A DNA stretch of 50,718 bases, taken from a virus. Its lineage: Duplodnaviria; Caudoviricetes. How positions within the stretch are numbered: the first letter of the stretch is position 1; each line of letters begins with the position of its first letter. The stretch covers positions 1 through 50,718 of the IMG/VR virus record IMGVR_UViG_3300033153_006571; one strand, given 5' to 3'. A model generated the notes under the pieces. That model did no database searches. It was not told the origin of the DNA and saw only the letters and a program-made list of their open reading frames with translations. The translations under genes and the position numbers were made by a program. This document shows positions 26,387 to 36,127 of the stretch, piece by piece.

Positions 26387-27921
26387 AAAAACTTGCGAAA
26401 CACATAGAATCTTTAAAAAAGCAAATAGACCGGCAAATTAACGAAAACCGGATAGAGATATATAATTACGACCAGCCTATCCTTGGAAAAACTCCTAAAA
26501 TACATAAAAAACAAGTAGAGTTTCACAGGGATGCACACAGGATAAAAGCTTTGTTTGGCGGGAATAGGACCGGCAAAACGGTGGGTGGAGCGACAGAAGC
26601 AGTCTTTCATGCAACGGGAAATTGCAGATTCAGAGAACTAGAACCTTCTTCCGGGTGGGTTGTATCACTGTCTAATGAGGTACAGCGTGATGTAGCACAG
26701 AAAGAAATCCTGCACTGGCTGCCAAAGAAGGAAATCAGGGACATAATTATCCGGCATGGGAGGAAGGACGACCCGGAAAATTCGATACTTGACAAAATTA
26801 TACTAAAAAACGGAGAAACAATCGGTTTTAAGAGTTGCGAGCAGGGAAGGGAAAGCTTTCAGGGAACATCAAAGGGCTGGATATGGTTTGACGAGGAACC
26901 TCCGGAAGATATTTACCGAGAATGCAGAATGAGAGTTTTAGACACACAGGGCGATATATGGTTTACCATGACACCGCTCAAGGGCTTGACGTGGATATAC
27001 GATAATATATATCTAAACAAGTCAGATGACCCAAATATAAAATACTGGACAATGGCGTGGGATGATAACCCATGGCTAAGCAAAAATGAAATAAAAGTCC
27101 TTGAAAGTACTATGACAGAAGAAGAAAGGGAAGCAAGACAGTACGGACATTTTGTTGCACTATCAGGGCTTGTGTATAAAGAATTCAGGGACGACATTCA
27201 TGTAATAGAACCTTTTAAAGTGCCTGTAGATTGGTACGACAACATAAGCATAGACCCGGGTTACACAAACCCTTTAAGCTGCCATTTCTATGCAGTAGAC
27301 AATGACGGCAATATATTAGTGATAGCAGAGCATTATGAGGCTGAGAGAACGATAGAATATCATTCAAAAGAAATTAAGAAAATAGCCGATAGCTTGAATT
27401 GGCCTAGAAATGCAAATGGAAAGTTAAGAGCATTAATAGACAGTGCAGCAAACCAAAGGACGGCTGCATCTGAAAAATCTGTTGTTCAGTTATTACATGA
27501 ACATGGAATAGTGTGCAACTCAAAGGTAAACAAGGACGTATGGACAGGTATACAAAGAGTTAAGCAGTATTTAAGGCTGAGAGAGCATCCGGATAAAGAG
27601 GCGTGGCCGAGGGGCAAACCGAAATTATTTATTTTTGCAAACTGTACAAACATGATTAGAGAAATCAAGTCTTACAGATGGATGGAGCCCAAAGAGGGAG
27701 TAAACCCGGAGGAAAGGCCAAAGAAAACTAACGACCATAGTATGGACGAACTGAGGTATTACGCCATGACGAAACCGGACCCATACGAAGGGGCTGAAAC
27801 AGACGGTAGATACAAAGTAGGAGGAAACTATTTTATGTCTGAACTTCTTATGAGAGGACTTAATAAAAGAGAAATATTGTTACTTGAGAAGAAGGGTAAA
27901 ATCAAAATAATAGGAGGATAA
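26344..27921 (+). CDS. terL: Terminase large subunit (start may be ATG 26365)
   Basis: Walker A GGNRTGKT, Walker B IWFDEEP, TMTP, nuclease IDPG and NDHSMDELRY. Confidence 0.93.
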   Translation: MGGHRFIMHTETEIKKLAKHIESLKKQIDRQINENRIEIYNYDQPILGKTPKIHKKQVEFHRDAHRIKALFGGNRTGKTVGGATEAVFHATGNCRFRELEPSSGWVVSLSNEVQRDVAQKEILHWLPKKEIRDIIIRHGRKDDPENSILDKIILKNGETIGFKSCEQGRESFQGTSKGWIWFDEEPPEDIYRECRMRVLDTQGDIWFTMTPLKGLTWIYDNIYLNKSDDPNIKYWTMAWDDNPWLSKNEIKVLESTMTEEEREARQYGHFVALSGLVYKEFRDDIHVIEPFKVPVDWYDNISIDPGYTNPLSCHFYAVDNDGNILVIAEHYEAERTIEYHSKEIKKIADSLNWPRNANGKLRALIDSAANQRTAASEKSVVQLLHEHGIVCNSKVNKDVWTGIQRVKQYLRLREHPDKEAWPRGKPKLFIFANCTNMIREIKSYRWMEPKEGVNPEERPKKTNDHSMDELRYYAMTKPDPYEGAETDGRYKVGGNYFMSELLMRGLNKREILLLEKKGKIKIIGG

Positions 27922-28097
27922 TATGCCGATAGTATCAAGTTGGTTTGAGGTATTAGACATAACTTTATCTATAACAGCTTTTGCCATATCCATATGGGCG
28001 TTAAGGGTAGGTATTAGTGATAGACAAATCGACATAGACGACTTCAATCAGGATAACCCGAAAAGCAAGGGCAAATATGATAAATTGAGGTGATTGT

Positions 28098-28229
28098 ATG
28101 CCAAAGAAACTGGAAAAGAAACTGGAAAAGCAGGCAAGAAAAAAAGGATTGAAGGGTAAGCGAAAGAACGCATATATCTATGGAACTATGCGAAAAAAAG
28201 GGTGGAAGCCTAAAAAACGCAAAAAATAA
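28098..28229 (+). CDS. Small Lys-rich basic protein (43 aa, not in ORF track)
   Basis: MPKKLEKKLEKQARKKGLKGKRKNAYIYGTMRKKGWKPKKRKK; GAGGTGA RBS. Confidence 0.65.
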   Translation: MPKKLEKKLEKQARKKGLKGKRKNAYIYGTMRKKGWKPKKRKK

Positions 28230-28245
28230 AAGGAGAATGAGTCCA

Positions 28246-29025
28246 ATGAGACCAAGAATACTATTGCTTGACGAGCCACATTTGAAAGCACGAAATATAA
28301 TGGAGAGTGCGGCGTATTGTGATACTTCATGGCGCGGATACAATGAATGTTGTGGATATGATTATGTTTATACTCAATTCACACCAATTAAAATTGATGT
28401 TCCAGTATTCTGTCCATGCACAGGAGTTGATCACATAAAAGCCCCTAAAGTCATCTACCTTGATGCAGAATGGAAACGCACAGAAGGCCAAAAGGTTACA
28501 TCAACAGCAGAGCATACAATGTGGCTAATGCAAAGCCTAATAAAAAAAATACCTGCTCAACTATACAAAAAACGGCTTGGAATTATAGGATATGGAAGAA
28601 TAGGGATAATGGTAGCAGAAAGAGCAAAAGCTTACGGAATGGATATTTATACGTATGACACTAAAAATGACCCTGTTAAAGATAAACTTTATTATTTACT
28701 TAAAACAAGTGACATAATAAGTATTCATATACCACTTGACGATAATAAAAATTTCATAGGCAAAAAAGAACTTGAAATTATAAAGCCAAATACATTGATT
28801 ATTAACACATCAAGACAACAAGTTCTTGATATAAAAGCATTAATACCATATTTGAAAGATAAAATATTATATTATGCAGATGATTTTAAAAATGAAATTG
28901 ACATTACTCAGTACGGAGCTGCGCAAACCAACCATATTTCCGGAAACTGCAAAGAAGCAAGGGAAGCAACAGACATTTATATTGCAAACAAAATTGTTGA
29001 ATATATAAGAGCCCGAGGAGGCTGA
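28246..29025 (+). CDS. D-2-hydroxyacid dehydrogenase-like NAD-binding protein
   Basis: STAEHT, GIIGYGRIG, DIISIHIPL, INTSR and TNHISG motifs. Confidence 0.8.
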   Translation: MRPRILLLDEPHLKARNIMESAAYCDTSWRGYNECCGYDYVYTQFTPIKIDVPVFCPCTGVDHIKAPKVIYLDAEWKRTEGQKVTSTAEHTMWLMQSLIKKIPAQLYKKRLGIIGYGRIGIMVAERAKAYGMDIYTYDTKNDPVKDKLYYLLKTSDIISIHIPLDDNKNFIGKKELEIIKPNTLIINTSRQQVLDIKALIPYLKDKILYYADDFKNEIDITQYGAAQTNHISGNCKEAREATDIYIANKIVEYIRARGG

Positions 29026-29168
29026 TGTTAATGAGAAAATGCATAAAGTGCGGGTCTATAAATAATTTAACAACGATAGAAACGGGACCAGGCACATTTG
29101 ATTATGCTTATATATGTAAATCATGCAACGAAAATATTGACAAAGAATTTTATAAAAAAGTTTTTTAA
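29025..29168 (+). CDS. Small zinc-ribbon protein (47 aa)
   Basis: CIKCG...CKSC; GGAGG RBS. Confidence 0.5.
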   Translation: MLMRKCIKCGSINNLTTIETGPGTFDYAYICKSCNENIDKEFYKKVF

Positions 29169-29257
29169 TAAATTGCATACCTATATGCATTATATTATTA
29201 ATTTTATTAATAATGCTTTTTAATAAGAGTTAATTAAGAACCCAAGGAGGCCGATAA

Positions 29258-29659
29258 ATGGAAATTAAAGAGGATTTTCTCAAAGAACGTACAAAAAAGC
29301 GAAAAGAGTTTAAAAAATATTTAGGCGAAGCATTGCAAAAACGTAAAGCTATAAGAAAATGTAAAGGCATAAAAATTATATGTGAAGGGCACGCGTATGG
29401 ATGCGGACTTTACGCATGGTATCAATGTAAGCATCTCGATAGCAACTTAAGATGTAAAATAGACAAGAATAATAATTTGTGCGACAAAAACCATAAGTGG
29501 TTTTTGTTTTTCCCTTATTGTCCTTATAAAAGATATATAAAAATAAGGGATCCTATATATGGACGTTATGAAAAGTATTGCAAGGATTCTATATATGGAC
29601 GTTATGAAAAGTATTGCAAAGATAGAGATAAATATAAAAAACTATTAAGGGATATATAA
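29258..29659 (+). CDS. Basic Cys-rich hypothetical protein
   Basis: 133 aa with a 36-bp tandem duplication; flanked by 16-bp direct repeats. Confidence 0.55.
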   Translation: MEIKEDFLKERTKKRKEFKKYLGEALQKRKAIRKCKGIKIICEGHAYGCGLYAWYQCKHLDSNLRCKIDKNNNLCDKNHKWFLFFPYCPYKRYIKIRDPIYGRYEKYCKDSIYGRYEKYCKDRDKYKKLLRDI

Positions 29660-29678
29660 GAACCCAAGGAGGTCAATC

Positions 29679-30554
29679 ATGAAATGTGAATTGTGCGGGA
29701 ATACAGACTATACAGAAATATGGAACAAGACGGAGCGTGATAAAGAAAATAAATTATATAGCAAGGTGATAAGAGATGAAAATAACAGTATTATTAATGG
29801 GGGCAACGTTATTTGTAATAATTGCGGCCTCGTATATATTATTCCTAAGATGGATAGAGAAGGACTAAAAGATTTTTATGGAAAGCATTACAGGGAAACA
29901 TACAAATTAAACCCGAAAGCTGAAATGAATCATGCTAAAAATGCATTGGACTTTTTAATAGCGACAAAGACATTAGTTACTCCGTTCCTTGACATAGGAG
30001 CCAGCACAGGAAAGTTGGTTGACGCAGTAAAAGATATTGCAAAAATCAATAAAGTAGTAGCTCCTGTTATTGGCATAGATGCAGCTCAGGAAGCAAAAAA
30101 CGTTCAGAAAGTCGACATATTAGACTATGAAACTGACATAAAGTTTAGATGTATAACCATGCTGAATACATTAGAGCACATGCATTCTCCTGTTAAAGTA
30201 TTGAAAAAAATACACTCAATAATGGATGAAAAAGCTGCATTAATGGTAAGTGTTCCTGATTTGCTTAATACCAATATACAAATAACCATGGATGCATATT
30301 TAAGTAATGCACATTTATATAATTTTACAGAAAAAACATTGGCAGCCATGCTTGTGAAAACAGGTTTTAGACCGATATTTTCTAATTATATACCAGAAGA
30401 AATCGGAAACAAGCTGTATATTATTGCTTTGAGAGCAAAGCCACAGGAACCAGAGTATAAAAAGCCTGACATTGAAAAGCTCAAGGCATTTTTGAGTTGC
30501 GCAAACGATTTATGCATATTAAAAGCTATGATGACAGTCGGTGCCATGAGATGA
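29679..30554 (+). CDS. Class I SAM-dependent methyltransferase with N-terminal zinc finger
   Basis: CELCG...CNNCG, FLDIGASTG, LEHMHSP, VSVP and HLYNF motifs. Confidence 0.85.
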   Translation: MKCELCGNTDYTEIWNKTERDKENKLYSKVIRDENNSIINGGNVICNNCGLVYIIPKMDREGLKDFYGKHYRETYKLNPKAEMNHAKNALDFLIATKTLVTPFLDIGASTGKLVDAVKDIAKINKVVAPVIGIDAAQEAKNVQKVDILDYETDIKFRCITMLNTLEHMHSPVKVLKKIHSIMDEKAALMVSVPDLLNTNIQITMDAYLSNAHLYNFTEKTLAAMLVKTGFRPIFSNYIPEEIGNKLYIIALRAKPQEPEYKKPDIEKLKAFLSCANDLCILKAMMTVGAMR

Positions 30555-30653
30555 GTACACAGAAACACGTTAATTTAAAGCCTATTGAGTGGACGGATTA
30601 AGCCGAAGTTATATTTCTCAAATTAAAAATCACCGAACATGGAGGTGGTTAAC

Positions 30654-30770
30654 ATGACACGCGTAGTGGCTGACGCTTGCTGCAACCATAATGGTGAGCG
30701 TTTTTTAATGCAGAAATACATTGAAAAAGCTGCTGAAATAGGATGCATAAACATGTGTAATATGATATAA
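30654..30770 (+). pseudogene. Orphan 5' fragment of a neuB-like gene
   Basis: MTRVVADACCNHNGERFLMQKYIEKAAEIG aligns with MQTQIICDACCNHGGKRFLMEKFIKKASRIG at 31443; has its own GGAGGTG RBS. Confidence 0.8.
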
Positions 30771-30802
30771 TAACGCTTAAATAGTATATTAGAGGTGTTA
30801 TT

Positions 30803-31438
30803 ATGGGAAAACATAAAAATTTAACTGGTTTAAAATTTAACCGTCTATTAGTATTAAAACAAGCAAAAAGCAAAAACAATAAAAGGAGATGGTTATGTAA
30901 ATGCGATTGTGGAAAATTGGTTGAAGTTATAACTTATGACTTAACAAGAGGGCATACAAAAAGTTGTGGATGTTTAAATAAAGAAAAAATCCGCAAAGTG
31001 GGCAAAAGCAACACAACTCATAATATGAAAAAGACAAGGCAATACAATACTTGGTCTCATATGAAAAGTAGGTGCACAAACTTGAAAAACAAGAATTATT
31101 CAAAATATGGAGGCAGAGGAATTACCATATCAAAAAAATGGCTCACATTTGAAGGCTTTTGGGATGATATGAAAAAAGGTTATAATGACAACTTAACACT
31201 TGAAAGAATTGACAACAATAAAGGATATTGCAAAGAAAATTGCAAATGGGCAACAATGAAAATACAACAAAACAATAAAAGAAATAACAGAAAAATAACA
31301 TATAAAGGGCAAACAAGAGGTGTATATGAATGGGCAGAAATTATTAATATAAGCCCGCAGTTATTACACTGGAGATTAAAAAATAAATGGCCGTTAGAAA
31401 AAGCATTAAATAAAAGCAGTGGATATAAAAAGGAGTAA
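30803..31438 (+). mobile_element. Free-standing HNH-type homing endonuclease
   Basis: WLCKCDCG, TKSCGC, YGGRGI, LERIDNNKGYCKENCKWAT..QQNNKRNN. Confidence 0.85.
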
Positions 31439-31442
31439 AAAA

Positions 31443-32222
31443 ATGCAAACTCAAATTATTTGTGACGCTTGCTGTAATCATGGAGGCAAGCGTTTTTTGA
31501 TGGAAAAATTTATAAAAAAAGCAAGTAGAATAGGGGCAAGTTACATCAAATTTCAGCTTTTTGACGCAGAAAAGCTGAACAAAGACTGGCCTGACTATGA
31601 GAACGCATACAAGCATTACAAGCAATGCCAGTTAAGCGAAGAAGATTTATCATTCATAATTGATACTGCAAAGGGAAAAAGCATAATACCACTTGCTACT
31701 GCATTTGACATTCAAAGCGCGAAAATATGGCACAAATTTTCAGGTGGCAGTTCTGTGAAAATAGCTTCTCCTGACTGCAACAACTGGGAGCTACTTTACT
31801 ATTGCTTGACTAATTTTAGCAAAGTATTTATTTCACTGGGAATGCACCACGGGTATGAAGTAAAAAGATTATTGTTAGTGCCTATTGAGAAAGCGACAAA
31901 TGTAATACCGATGTATTGCAGGTCACTATACCCTGTAAAACAATACACAGTAGACGATTTCAGAGCAATGGAATATCTGAAAGAAAACTTTAAGGAGTGG
32001 GGGCTAAGTGACCATTCAGAGGATAGCACAAACGCCTTAACGATAATGAAGGGGCTTAAGCCTGGCTATATCGAACGTCACTTTACCCTTGAAAAAACAG
32101 GGAAAAAAGATGACATAGTAAGCAGTACGCCAGAGGACATGGCACGTTTAACAAGTTATCCATTCCCGACATTGTCGGATGAAGAGATAAAAAATAGAAA
32201 ATATATTAACAGATGGAGGTAG
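31443..32222 (+). CDS. neuB: NeuB-like nonulosonic acid synthase (no C-terminal SAF domain)
   Basis: CNHGG, IKFQ, KIAS, GLSDHS and IERHFTL motifs. Confidence 0.85.
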   Translation: MQTQIICDACCNHGGKRFLMEKFIKKASRIGASYIKFQLFDAEKLNKDWPDYENAYKHYKQCQLSEEDLSFIIDTAKGKSIIPLATAFDIQSAKIWHKFSGGSSVKIASPDCNNWELLYYCLTNFSKVFISLGMHHGYEVKRLLLVPIEKATNVIPMYCRSLYPVKQYTVDDFRAMEYLKENFKEWGLSDHSEDSTNALTIMKGLKPGYIERHFTLEKTGKKDDIVSSTPEDMARLTSYPFPTLSDEEIKNRKYINRWR

Positions 32223-32225
32223 GCG

Positions 32226-33392
32226 ATGAGTACAAAGATGCCAGAGAACAGCAAGAAGTTAACAGAAACAAAAAAGCTTTCAAAGACTGAAGAAGCAGAA
32301 ATCAAGAACAAAATCGATCAATTGAAAAGCAAAGAAAAAAACGAGGACATATTCGTTCCGCCAGAAGATGTTGTACGCATGTATAATGAGTTAATGGCAA
32401 GCCCTGAGGGCAGGAAGTATGCAGCAACTTCTAATGCTGATGCAGATAAAGACATTGATATTAACGACTTGATATCAGCAAACGAAGGAGAAAAACTGAC
32501 TAAAGAAAAAATGAAACAAATTGACGCATTCAAAAAAAGAGCGCTTAGCAACGAGGAATTTCAAAGAGCTTTAGCAATATGCAAACCTCAAACTAAGCCT
32601 GCAAAAAAAGTAAAGATAATGGGATTTGCACCAGGATGGATAGAGGCTTTCAAAGACAAAGACGGTAAATGGATTGATAACAGCGATTGTGAAATATGGT
32701 GTCTAAATGAATTTTACAAGTTTTTAGCTCAGTTGCCGCCTCAATACGCAAAGGCCACAAGGTGGTTTGAAATTCATTCTAGGTATAGCCCGACTAAAAA
32801 TATACCCGAGCATATAACATGGCTGCAGAGGGCTAAGATACCTGTGTATATGTGGGAGCATTACGATGACATGCCAACCAGTATTCCATTTCCTAAAGAT
32901 GAATTGTGTAAGCATTTTGGTTGGACCGATGGGAAAGGCGAAACTGTTCCGTTCAAGTATTTCTCTTGTCAGCCTGCGTGGATGTTGGCAATGGCAATAT
33001 ATGCAGGATTTGAACAGATTGAAATGTATGGTGTGAACATGGCAACTGATGGGGAATTCAACAAGCAGAGGCCATCATGTGAATACTGGCTTGGTGTGAT
33101 ATACGGTATTTATTATGCCAATAAATATAAGAACAGGAAAATGGAATGTCCTGTATTACCCGAACATTGTGACTTACTGACACCACCTGGAGGAAAGCTG
33201 TATGGGTTTGACACTGACAACAAGGCAAGGCTGCTTTGCAAGTCAAGAATTAATTCCGTGGATAGCAAGTTTAAGAAAAGCAATAGCCAATACAGCCAAG
33301 CCGTGCAAATAATGAACAAGAGTCAATTGGCAATGGCTGAAATGAGAGGAGCAAAATCAGCATATGTAGATATGCTGAATCACATACTATGA
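32226..33392 (+). CDS. Putative glycosyltransferase (sialyltransferase-like fold)
   Basis: IWCLN...RWFEIH...AMAIYAGFEQIEMYGVNM resembles GT29/GT42-type motifs; lies between neuB and neuC. Confidence 0.4.
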   Translation: MSTKMPENSKKLTETKKLSKTEEAEIKNKIDQLKSKEKNEDIFVPPEDVVRMYNELMASPEGRKYAATSNADADKDIDINDLISANEGEKLTKEKMKQIDAFKKRALSNEEFQRALAICKPQTKPAKKVKIMGFAPGWIEAFKDKDGKWIDNSDCEIWCLNEFYKFLAQLPPQYAKATRWFEIHSRYSPTKNIPEHITWLQRAKIPVYMWEHYDDMPTSIPFPKDELCKHFGWTDGKGETVPFKYFSCQPAWMLAMAIYAGFEQIEMYGVNMATDGEFNKQRPSCEYWLGVIYGIYYANKYKNRKMECPVLPEHCDLLTPPGGKLYGFDTDNKARLLCKSRINSVDSKFKKSNSQYSQAVQIMNKSQLAMAEMRGAKSAYVDMLNHIL

Positions 33393-34411
33393 GACTATGC
33401 GTATTTGTAGGTTCAAGAGCTAATTATGGTAGGCTTAAGTCTGTAATAAAGATAGCTCACGAGCACAAAGACATTGACCTGAAACTAATAATTGGAGCTT
33501 CAGGACTATGGACAAAAATAGATTACCCACATGAAACAGTAGAATGTCTTGTGAATGCAGATACAACAAGCGGAATGTGTTTAACTGCTGGATTACTTTT
33601 AACTCAAATAACAGGTATTTTAAAACGGATCCAGCCTGACTGTGTATTAATTCATGGCGACAGATACGAAGTGCTATCTGTCGCTATTGCTTCAAGTTAT
33701 CAGAATATAACTTTAGCTCATACAGAAGGTGGAGATGTTACCGGGACTATTGATGATAAAGTACGGGATGCTATAACGGCATTGGCTGACATACATTTTC
33801 CTGTTACAGATTATTCGGCAGACAGAATATATGACATTGTTTATGGTGAGTGTAATAAAGAGGTAATGCGAACAGCAAAATGCGGTTATATATATACGGT
33901 TGGCAGTACAGCACTTGATGGCTTAAACCCAATGAATAAGCCAGGTGACTACGTTGTAATACTTCATCATCCAAACACTACGGACCCGGAAGATATAAAT
34001 CCGCTTATTGAAGCCGTTAAGTCTATGCCGTATAAAAAAGTATGGGTAAATCCGAATGTGGACGCAGGGGCCAAGGCAATGTTGAAGCGTATACATTATG
34101 CTCCTGCAGAGTTTGTGAAAGACTTATCGCCTGATGAATATATTGACTTGATATACAATGCCAGATGTTGCATAGGGAATAGCTCAAGCTTCATAAAAGA
34201 AGGTGCATATTTAGGCATTCCGGCTGTTCTTGTTGGAAATCGGCAGGAGGGCAGGGAAACAGGAAATAATGTAATACAGGTTGACATGAACGAGTCAAAC
34301 ATACTAAGAGCTGCTTATTCGCAAATTGGACATGGCAGATATAAGCCTGATTACAGATTTGGAGATGGAACGGCAAGCGAAAAGATAATTAAAATATTAG
34401 CGGAGGGATAA
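33389..34411 (+). CDS. neuC: NeuC-like UDP-GlcNAc 2-epimerase
   Basis: GSRANYG, HGDRYE, HTEGG, IGNSSS, GNRQEGRE and FGDG motifs. Confidence 0.9.
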   Translation: MRLCVFVGSRANYGRLKSVIKIAHEHKDIDLKLIIGASGLWTKIDYPHETVECLVNADTTSGMCLTAGLLLTQITGILKRIQPDCVLIHGDRYEVLSVAIASSYQNITLAHTEGGDVTGTIDDKVRDAITALADIHFPVTDYSADRIYDIVYGECNKEVMRTAKCGYIYTVGSTALDGLNPMNKPGDYVVILHHPNTTDPEDINPLIEAVKSMPYKKVWVNPNVDAGAKAMLKRIHYAPAEFVKDLSPDEYIDLIYNARCCIGNSSSFIKEGAYLGIPAVLVGNRQEGRETGNNVIQVDMNESNILRAAYSQIGHGRYKPDYRFGDGTASEKIIKILAEG

Positions 34412-34414
34412 TAT

Positions 34415-34891
34415 ATGTTAAATAGAATCAAAAGAATAGTAAAGGCACATGGGAATGACTTAATAGACAGACTGGAAGAACCTAAGAAAATGTTAAGGCA
34501 GGCAGTAAGGGATATGGAGAAACAAAAGCTTGCATTAGGCGAAAAGATTGTACAGCTTGACACGAATATAAGAGGACTCAAACGGAAAGACATCGCGGAC
34601 GAAGTGTCAAAGGCTTACCTTGAACAGAACATAGAGAAGCTTGAGCAGGCACTTAAGAAGCTTGGCGACAAGTACGACTATGTAAGCGACAAAATCGAGC
34701 AGAGCAAGAGTAAAATAGCCGTACTGGAAGCAAGGGCGACTGTGGTAGAGGCTACAGAGGAAGCTATGGAACTGTTGAAGGATTTGGATATTGATATAGA
34801 CACTTCGACCTTTGCACGTATGGAAGAAAAGATTGCGGCCATGGAAGATAAGATGATGGCAAAGCAGGATTTCTATGGGATAGGGGAGTAA
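34415..34891 (+). CDS. PspA/IM30-like coiled-coil protein
   Basis: RIKRIVKAHGNDLIDRLEEPKKMLRQAVRDME...FARMEEKI. Confidence 0.75.
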   Translation: MLNRIKRIVKAHGNDLIDRLEEPKKMLRQAVRDMEKQKLALGEKIVQLDTNIRGLKRKDIADEVSKAYLEQNIEKLEQALKKLGDKYDYVSDKIEQSKSKIAVLEARATVVEATEEAMELLKDLDIDIDTSTFARMEEKIAAMEDKMMAKQDFYGIGE

Positions 34892-34915
34892 TCCCCTTCC
34901 TGCAAGGAGGGTATA

Positions 34916-35503
34916 ATGGATATATGTGAAGTACAAGAATATATAGATGGCAACAAGAAAAGCAAGTTTAAGCTAGACTTAAATCAGCGCAAATACGCCT
35001 TGTATGTATGTATAGCCATAACGATTGCGCTATGCTGTATATGTTTAACAGCTGGAATAATTGCAGGGGCTTTAATCATAACATGCGGAACGTTGTTCTC
35101 GATGAACGAAGATAGTAGTTTCGATGCAATAGATTATTTCTTGATTTGCATAGGTGCGTCTATTGTGGCGACTCATGTGGTATTACTGGCAGCTGCGATT
35201 ATTTCAAGTACTGCCCTGTCAAATATGACGGAATCAAAAACTCAAATAATAGACATAAGGCGGGCAGACAATTGTGTTTACTATTTCACAGAAGAACAAG
35301 AAAACTATAGCGGAGAAAAGCATGTGCAAAGTTCTTTTGTCAATGCTGTGTCAATAAGCAAAACAGGGGAAAATTATATTATTGAGCTTAAGGGCTATGA
35401 ATACAAAAACAAATTTTTGAATAGGCATTTTATTTACATGCCACAGATAAAATATAATCTCATATTAAGCAAAGAATATTATGGTAAGTATATAGGGGGA
35501 TAA
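34916..35503 (+). CDS. Membrane protein
   Basis: Two to three hydrophobic segments. Confidence 0.55.
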   Translation: MDICEVQEYIDGNKKSKFKLDLNQRKYALYVCIAITIALCCICLTAGIIAGALIITCGTLFSMNEDSSFDAIDYFLICIGASIVATHVVLLAAAIISSTALSNMTESKTQIIDIRRADNCVYYFTEEQENYSGEKHVQSSFVNAVSISKTGENYIIELKGYEYKNKFLNRHFIYMPQIKYNLILSKEYYGKYIGG

Positions 35504-35504
35504 T

Positions 35505-36125
35505 ATGTTTATACTTGGAATCATACCGGCCAGAGGGGATTCAAGGGGAATTCCGAATAAAAATATATATCCTTTATGTGGCAAGCCTATGATTGAATAT
35601 ACGATAGAAGCAGCAGAGGAAAGCATGCTTGACGACTGGCTTGTGTTCACTGACAAGTATTTTCAGTATAAAAATTATGGCATAACAGAGCCGAAAGAAT
35701 TTGCGTATAGCAGTTCATGGAAAATAGAATTTAGCCAATATTGTGTAAATGAATATGAAAAAAAATACAACAAAGTCGATGCTGTTATGCTTTTGCAGCC
35801 TACTTCACCGCTAAGGACTGCGGAGGATATTAACAAGGCCATAGCTTATTTCAAAAAATATCAATATTCTGGCTGGAATAGCTTGTATAGTGGTTATAAC
35901 ATGAGAATAAAGCATAAAGAAAAGTTAGACAGCAAAGAAAATGGAGATTTTCATTTTCAAAGAAACGGAGCTATTTTCATAACAAAGATTGACTTGCTAA
36001 ATAAAGGCAAGTTATGGGACAAAGTTATAGAATATCAGATGCCAAAAAGCAGAAGCATTGACGTGGACGATATGGACGATTTTTACATCGTGGAAAGCAT
36101 ATTAAAGAATCCCAGGAGGTCATAA
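35505..36125 (+). CDS. neuA: NeuA-like acylneuraminate cytidylyltransferase
   Basis: IIPARGDSRGIPNKN, LLQPTSPLR, NGAIF and SIDVDDMDDF motifs. Confidence 0.92.
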   Translation: MFILGIIPARGDSRGIPNKNIYPLCGKPMIEYTIEAAEESMLDDWLVFTDKYFQYKNYGITEPKEFAYSSSWKIEFSQYCVNEYEKKYNKVDAVMLLQPTSPLRTAEDINKAIAYFKKYQYSGWNSLYSGYNMRIKHKEKLDSKENGDFHFQRNGAIFITKIDLLNKGKLWDKVIEYQMPKSRSIDVDDMDDFYIVESILKNPRRS

Positions 36126-36127
36126 AA

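Noticed and set aside
30770-31443. Group I intron in neuB
   Set aside because: Only about 30 non-coding nt lie before the HNH ORF and 4 after it, too little for a ribozyme core, and the 5' coding segment is duplicated downstream.
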